From IMG/VR virus record IMGVR_UViG_3300030333_001670: a stretch of 20,000 nucleotides of DNA, one strand, 5' to 3'. Position numbers and translations under genes: made by a program. This document shows positions 14,765 to 20,000 of the stretch, piece by piece. Source of the stretch: an uncultured virus (IMG/VR IMGVR_UViG_3300030333_001670) (lineage: Duplodnaviria; Heunggongvirae; Uroviricota; Caudoviricetes). The notes beneath the pieces were generated by a model. The model was not told where the DNA came from and searched no databases. It was given only the letters and a program-made list of their open reading frames with translations. Every line of letters begins with the position of its first letter. Positions within the stretch are counted from its first letter, which is position 1.

Positions 14765-17243
14765 TTTCTATACAAACATTCAACTTGCTGGAAACACTAT
14801 ACTATATCGTGGGTACGAGGACGGAAAACAAATCCAGTCCCGTACCCATTTTTCACCTGTACTATATGTGTCCTCAAATAAAGAGGAGAAGTTTAAGACA
14901 CTTGATGGTGAGAATGTAAAACCTATCCAGTTTGAAAACCCTAAGCAAGCAAGGGAATTCATTCAGAAATATGAGAATGTGCATGGGTTTAAGGTCTCAG
15001 GGTATGAGAGATTCGTGTATCAATTCATTGCTAATGAATTCCCAGGTGATATAGACTATCGTATGGATCAGATGAAAATCTTTACGATGGACATCGAGGT
15101 TGCATGTGAGAATGGTTTCCCTAATGTTGCAGAAGCAGCAGAGGAAATGCTCTGTATAACAATCAAAGATCTAAATACTAAAGAATTCTTTACTTGGTCT
15201 ACCCGTGAGTTTGAAGCACCTGAAGGTGTTAAATCTTTTATCTTCTGGACAGAAGAGGAGATGCTTAAGGCATTTGTAGGATGGTGGGTTGAAAATACAC
15301 CAGATGTTTTAACTGGTTGGAATGTCAATCTATATGACGTACCATACATTTGTAGGAGGGTTGATAGAATCTTAGGTAAGAAATGGATGAATTCCATGTC
15401 ACCTTGGAATCGTGCTAATGAAAGAGAGATAACAATACAAGGACGAACTAACTATGCCTACGACTTATCGGGCATTAATATACTTGACTATCTTGATCTC
15501 TATCGTAAGTTTACTTACACCAATCAGGAATCATATAGACTTGAACATATTGCCACTGTGGAATTGGGTGAAGGAAAACTTGACCACAGTGAGTATGAAA
15601 ATTTTAAAGACTTCTACACAAATGACTGGCAAAAGTTTGTAGAGTATAACATCAAAGACGTTGAGCTAGTTGACAGACTCGAAGAGAAGATGAAACTCAT
15701 TGAGTTGGCAGTCACGATGGCTTATGATGCCAAAGTAAACCTTGAGGATGTGTATTCACAGGTAAGAATGTGGGACACAATGATATATAATTATCTCAAG
15801 GAAAGAAATGTGGTCGTACCACCCCGAAAGGGATCCAAAAAGGACGAAAAATATGCAGGAGCTTATGTCAAAGAACCGAAAGCGGGAAGCTATGATTGGG
15901 TGGTCTCTTTTGACCTTAATAGCCTTTATCCTCATCTTATTATGCAATACAACATCTCGCCAGAAACACTCTGGGAGACTAGACATGCCAGCGCAAGCGT
16001 GGAGAGAATCCTCAACCAGGAAGTAGAGTTTGATAAGAAGTTTGCTACCTGTGCTAATGGAGCACAGTATCGTAAGGACATCAGAGGATTCTTACCTGAA
16101 ATGATGGAGACTATTTACAATGAGCGTACGATATATAAGAAAAAAATGCTCGCTGCCAAGCGGGACAATGAAGTTCACCCAAGTGCCAAACTACAAAGAG
16201 ATATTAGTAAATTCAATAACATCCAAATGGCTCGAAAGATCCAACTCAACTCGGCTTATGGTGCCATTGGAAATCAGTACTTTAGATATTATAACTTATC
16301 TAACGCTGAGGCAATTACTCTTAGTGGGCAGGTATCGATACGGTGGATTGAGAATAAAATGAATAAGTATCTTAACAAGGTACTAAAGACTAAGGAGGTA
16401 GATTATGTGGTTGCTAGTGATACTGATAGTATATACTTGCATCTCGGTCCTTTGGTACAAAGTGTATTCGAGGGGAGAGAGGTTACTAATGAGAAGATCG
16501 TTAATTTCCTCGATAAGGTGTGTAACGTGGAATTGGAAAAATATATTTCGAGTTCTTACCAAGCGTTGGCCGACTACGTTTCCGCCTACGACCAAAAAAT
16601 GTTCATGAAGAGGGAGACCATTGCCGAGAAAGGTATATGGACTGCTAAGAAAAGATACATTTTAAATGCATGGGATATTGAAGGGGTTAGGTTTGAGAAA
16701 CCTAAGTTAAAGATGATGGGTATTGAGGCAGTGAAGTCTTCTACTCCAGGTGCCTGTCGTCAGAAGATTAAGGATGCTCTTGAAGTTATTATGAATAAAT
16801 CTGAAGAAGAAACACAGAAATTCATAGCAGATTTCAGGGAGCATTTTAATGAGTTACCTATTGAAGACATCGCATTTCCGAGAGGTTGTAATAATCTAAA
16901 TAAGTGGGCGAACCCAGCCACTGTCTATTCAAAAGGCACTCCCATTCACGTGCGAGGAAGTCTTTTGTACAATTTCTATATTAAAAAGAATAAGTTGACG
17001 CACAAGTATCCCTTAATCCAAGACGGTGAGAAGATTAAATTCGTTTATCTTAAGACACCTAACAAGATTAATGAGAATGTCATTTCATTCTTCCAGACAT
17101 TTCCAAAAGAATTGGCTATTGACAAACAGGTGGATTATGACCTACAATTCGAGAAGAGTTTCTTGGAGCCTATTAAGGTCATACTAGATAAGATTGGTTG
17201 GAAGTCAGAAAAACAAGCTAGCCTGGAGTTCCTATTCGGATGA
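14757..17243 (+). CDS. gp43: Family B DNA polymerase
   Basis: ExoI DIE, ExoII GWNVNLYD, ExoIII YNIKD, SFDLNSLYP, KIQLNSAYG, SDTDS and KKRY; uninterrupted 828 aa. Confidence 0.98.
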   Translation: MSSFYTNIQLAGNTILYRGYEDGKQIQSRTHFSPVLYVSSNKEEKFKTLDGENVKPIQFENPKQAREFIQKYENVHGFKVSGYERFVYQFIANEFPGDIDYRMDQMKIFTMDIEVACENGFPNVAEAAEEMLCITIKDLNTKEFFTWSTREFEAPEGVKSFIFWTEEEMLKAFVGWWVENTPDVLTGWNVNLYDVPYICRRVDRILGKKWMNSMSPWNRANEREITIQGRTNYAYDLSGINILDYLDLYRKFTYTNQESYRLEHIATVELGEGKLDHSEYENFKDFYTNDWQKFVEYNIKDVELVDRLEEKMKLIELAVTMAYDAKVNLEDVYSQVRMWDTMIYNYLKERNVVVPPRKGSKKDEKYAGAYVKEPKAGSYDWVVSFDLNSLYPHLIMQYNISPETLWETRHASASVERILNQEVEFDKKFATCANGAQYRKDIRGFLPEMMETIYNERTIYKKKMLAAKRDNEVHPSAKLQRDISKFNNIQMARKIQLNSAYGAIGNQYFRYYNLSNAEAITLSGQVSIRWIENKMNKYLNKVLKTKEVDYVVASDTDSIYLHLGPLVQSVFEGREVTNEKIVNFLDKVCNVELEKYISSSYQALADYVSAYDQKMFMKRETIAEKGIWTAKKRYILNAWDIEGVRFEKPKLKMMGIEAVKSSTPGACRQKIKDALEVIMNKSEEETQKFIADFREHFNELPIEDIAFPRGCNNLNKWANPATVYSKGTPIHVRGSLLYNFYIKKNKLTHKYPLIQDGEKIKFVYLKTPNKINENVISFFQTFPKELAIDKQVDYDLQFEKSFLEPIKVILDKIGWKSEKQASLEFLFG
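17119..17148 (+). promoter_or_regulatory. Sigma70-type promoter TTGACA-N18-TACAAT
   Basis: -35 at 17119-17124, -10 at 17143-17148; in the 3' end of gp43, upstream of the uvsX-gp41 run. Confidence 0.55.
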
Positions 17244-17392
17244 CCACATACATTGTAGAATACAAGAAAGCTTTTGGTGCTGGAGAGCACCCTCAAGAAA
17301 AAGAATTCTTTGATAAGACCGAAGCAGAATGGTTCGAAAGAGCCATGAAGAGGTCAAACTTTATTACCAAACTATTTAAGAAATCGCCATGA
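17240..17392 (+). CDS. 50-aa hypothetical protein [50 protein letters not shown]
   Basis: ATGA overlaps with both the gp43 stop and the uvsX start; GGAG upstream. Confidence 0.7.
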   Translation: MTTYIVEYKKAFGAGEHPQEKEFFDKTEAEWFERAMKRSNFITKLFKKSP

Positions 17393-18399
17393 ATTTTTTG
17401 AAGGATGTAGCCAAGGAGATTGATAATGAATACGCTGCTCTCGTTAGCGATGGTGTCTCTGCTGGTGACACTAGCGGTTATATCGATACAGGTTCGTACA
17501 TCTTTAACGCCCTTGTCTCAGGAAGCATCTACGGAGGTGTTCCAGGGAATAAGATCACAGCTATTGCTGGTGAGTCGAGCACAGGCAAAACTTATTTCTG
17601 CCTTGGTATTGTACAGCATTTCCTCGAACATAATCCTGATGCTGGGGTTATATATTTTGAGTCTGAAAGTGCACTAGGTAAAGACATGATTGAGTCCAGA
17701 GGTATAGACTCAACTCGTATGCTTATAGTCCCTGTTACGACCGTACAAGAGTTTAGACTTCAATCAATAAAGATATTAGATAAATACTTAGCACAGGATC
17801 CCAAGGATCGTAAACCTTTAATGTTTGTTCTTGACTCTCTTGGTATGCTAAGTACCACCAAAGAGATTGAGGACAGCGAAGCAGGAAAAGAGACTCGTGA
17901 CATGACTCGAGCTCAAGTTGTAAAGTCAATCTTTAGAGTCCTTACTCTTAAATTGGGTAAGGCAAATGTCCCTCTATTAGTCACAAATCATACCTACGAT
18001 GTGGTCGGCAGTTATATCCCAACTAAAGAAATGGGAGGCGGTAGTGGCCTCAAGTACGCCGCGAGTACAATCATTTATCTCAGCAAAAAAAAGGAAAAGA
18101 GTCAGAGCGAAGTTGTTGGAAACATTATCAAAGCTAAGACAGCTAAGGCAAGACTCACAAAAGAAAATTCCGAAGTAGAAACGAGGTTATTCTATGAACG
18201 AGGGTTGGACCCCTATTACGGATTACTCTCACTTGGAGAAAAATACGAAATATTTAAAAAAGTTGGAAACAGATATGAGATTGGAGAGGCAAAAGTTTAT
18301 CCAAAAGCAATTCTTGAGAATCCTGAGAAGTATTTTACCCCAGAAATCATGCAAGCATTAGACGAGTGTGCAGCAAAGGAGTTTAAGTATGGTAACTAA
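17389..18399 (+). CDS. uvsX: RecA-like recombinase UvsX
   Basis: IDTGSY, Walker [21 protein letters not shown] and [12 protein letters not shown]. Confidence 0.95.
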   Translation: MNFLKDVAKEIDNEYAALVSDGVSAGDTSGYIDTGSYIFNALVSGSIYGGVPGNKITAIAGESSTGKTYFCLGIVQHFLEHNPDAGVIYFESESALGKDMIESRGIDSTRMLIVPVTTVQEFRLQSIKILDKYLAQDPKDRKPLMFVLDSLGMLSTTKEIEDSEAGKETRDMTRAQVVKSIFRVLTLKLGKANVPLLVTNHTYDVVGSYIPTKEMGGGSGLKYAASTIIYLSKKKEKSQSEVVGNIIKAKTAKARLTKENSEVETRLFYERGLDPYYGLLSLGEKYEIFKKVGNRYEIGEAKVYPKAILENPEKYFTPEIMQALDECAAKEFKYGN

Positions 18400-18958
18400 A
18401 CTCCAAGACTACATCAGATGCTATGACAATGCTGTAGATCCAGAGTTGTGTGCAAAAATAGCTAGGAAGTTTGATGTTGATGTAGAGCACCAAGAAACTA
18501 TAGACAGAGAGAAACGTCCATCGTTTACTGAACTGAATATTACTAAGAGATTCCATGCTAAGGACTTAGAGTGGCATGAGTATCAGTATAATCTTCAAGA
18601 AATTTTTATCAATTTTGTCCAGATATACATGGAGGACTTGGATTTAGGTCCAGACTTCCCTGCTAAGTATGCATTTGAGGAGTATAGACTTAAGAAGTAC
18701 ACTCAGTATGGTGATGAGTTTAGAGACCATGTTGATGTCCAAGACCATTCATCTGCTAGAAGATTCTTAGTTATTTTTCTTTATCTTAATGATGGTTTTA
18801 ATGGTGGCACTACATCATTTCCTAAAATAGATTTGGACATTGAGCCAAAGTGTGGTAGACTGTTGATATTCCCACCAAACTGGATGTTCCGTCATGCTGG
18901 TAGACCAGTTGAAGACGGCACCAAGTATATTGTTGGCTCTTATTTACACTACCTATGA
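18389..18958 (+). CDS. 2OG-Fe(II) oxygenase (prolyl-4-hydroxylase-like)
   Basis: [34 protein letters not shown] and KY; ATG 18389 preferred over GTG 18368. Confidence 0.85.
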   Translation: MVTKLQDYIRCYDNAVDPELCAKIARKFDVDVEHQETIDREKRPSFTELNITKRFHAKDLEWHEYQYNLQEIFINFVQIYMEDLDLGPDFPAKYAFEEYRLKKYTQYGDEFRDHVDVQDHSSARRFLVIFLYLNDGFNGGTTSFPKIDLDIEPKCGRLLIFPPNWMFRHAGRPVEDGTKYIVGSYLHYL

Positions 18959-20000
18959 GTATTGAGAATACAATTATCAACAACCTCGTCTTTAGTGAGA
19001 GGTATTGTAGGAAAGTCTTACCATTTATTAAAGAGGATTACTTTACATCCAATGGATGTAGGGTTGTTTTTGATATAATATCTAAATATTTTTCTGATTA
19101 TGATTCACTTGTCACTCCTGCTGTACTGACTATAGAAGCAGACAAGAGGGATGACTTGAATGAGGAAACATATAAGGAAGTTAATAGTATAATACTAGGA
19201 CTGACAGATGAGAAGAGCGACTTCAAGTGGGTCACAGACACGACTGAGAAATGGTGTCAAGAGAGAGCAATCTATCTTTCTCTCATGGCATCGATTAAGA
19301 TTGCAGATGGTAAAGACCCTAAACAGGACAGGGGTGCGATACCCTCTATCCTCAGTGGAGCTCTTTCTGTATCTTTTGATAGCAATATTGGTCACGATTA
19401 CATTCAAGATTCCTCATTAAGGTATGACTTCTACCACCAGCGTGAGGAAAAAATACCTTTCGATTTGGAATACTTCAACCGTATCACAAAAGGTGGTCTT
19501 CCTAGCAAAACTCTCAATGTTGCTCTTGCAGGTACTGGGGTTGGTAAGTCTTTGTTTATGTGCCATGTTGCTAGTGCTTGTTTACTCCAAGGTAAGAATG
19601 TTTTATACATCACATTGGAGATGGCTGAAGAGAAAATTGCGGAACGTATTGACGCAAATCTTTTGAATGTACCTATTCAACAGTTACAAGACCTACCCAA
19701 GGTTATGTTTGAGAATAAGGTCAGTAAACTAGAGAAGAAAACACAAGGAAAGTTAATTATAAAAGAGTATCCTACTGCATCTGCTCATGTAGGACATTTT
19801 AAATCATTGTTAAATGAGTTAGCATTGAAGAGAAGTATAAGACCTGATATAGTATTTGTAGACTACTTAAATATTTGTGCCTCGCAGAGGTATAAAGGAT
19901 CCATTGTCAATTCTTACACATATGTTAAAGCGATTGCTGAGGAACTTCGGGGATTGGCTGTCGAAGCAAACGTCCCGATTGTTAGTGCTACTCAAACTAC
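18955..20000 (+). CDS. gp41: DnaB-like replicative helicase gp41, 3'-truncated by the window edge
   Basis: ATGA overlap at 18955; MSIENTII..., ITKGGLPSKTLNVALAGTGVGKSLFMCH, YITLEMAEE, IKEYPT, VDYLNI and IAEELRGLAVE; absent from the ORF track because it has no stop in the window. Confidence 0.95.
   Translation, partial: MSIENTIINNLVFSERYCRKVLPFIKEDYFTSNGCRVVFDIISKYFSDYDSLVTPAVLTIEADKRDDLNEETYKEVNSIILGLTDEKSDFKWVTDTTEKWCQERAIYLSLMASIKIADGKDPKQDRGAIPSILSGALSVSFDSNIGHDYIQDSSLRYDFYHQREEKIPFDLEYFNRITKGGLPSKTLNVALAGTGVGKSLFMCHVASACLLQGKNVLYITLEMAEEKIAERIDANLLNVPIQQLQDLPKVMFENKVSKLEKKTQGKLIIKEYPTASAHVGHFKSLLNELALKRSIRPDIVFVDYLNICASQRYKGSIVNSYTYVKAIAEELRGLAVEANVPIVSATQT

Noticed and set aside
14780..16608. 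Short antisense and alternative-frame ORFs within gp43
   Set aside because: Fully nested in a core gene, with no recognisable motifs
14757..17243. Intein, intron or split in the DNA polymerase
   Set aside because: The ORF is continuous at 828 aa, with all motifs at normal spacing and no homing endonuclease signature
19195..19666. Four short ORFs listed in the track
   Set aside because: The region is occupied by gp41 (18955 to beyond 20000) in another frame
1..20000. tRNA, rRNA, CRISPR array, transposase or integrase
   Set aside because: None seen; the window is almost fully coding, with no repeat-spacer periodicity

Overview
This AT-rich window is the DNA replication/recombination module of a T4-like cyanophage (cyanomyovirus). 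A Prochlorococcus/Synechococcus host is inferred from pcyA, hsp20, the cobS-like gene and the 2OG-Fe(II) oxygenases. Order on +: gp46 (3' part), small membrane ORF, HEXXH-peptidase/vWA (CobT-like) protein, pcyA, MoxR/CobS-like AAA+ ATPase, DUF3310-like ORF, gp45, gp44, a 27-aa mini-ORF, dam, gp62, regA, a 48-aa ORF and a 2OG-Fe(II) oxygenase. Next is a convergent 7-gene block of predicted membrane/secreted proteins of unknown function (4 on +, 3 on -). It is followed by hsp20, four small ORFs, gp43, a 50-aa ORF, uvsX, a second 2OG-Fe(II) oxygenase and gp41 (5' part). The most notable unexplained elements are: (i) the convergent envelope-protein cassette at 9493-13149, with long gene overlaps; (ii) a repeated palindrome plus extended -10 promoter architecture in front of the vWA and AAA+ genes; (iii) a structured hsp20 leader; and (iv) translationally coupled mini-ORFs missed by the ORF track. 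All calls come from motif recognition by eye; no database searches were run.
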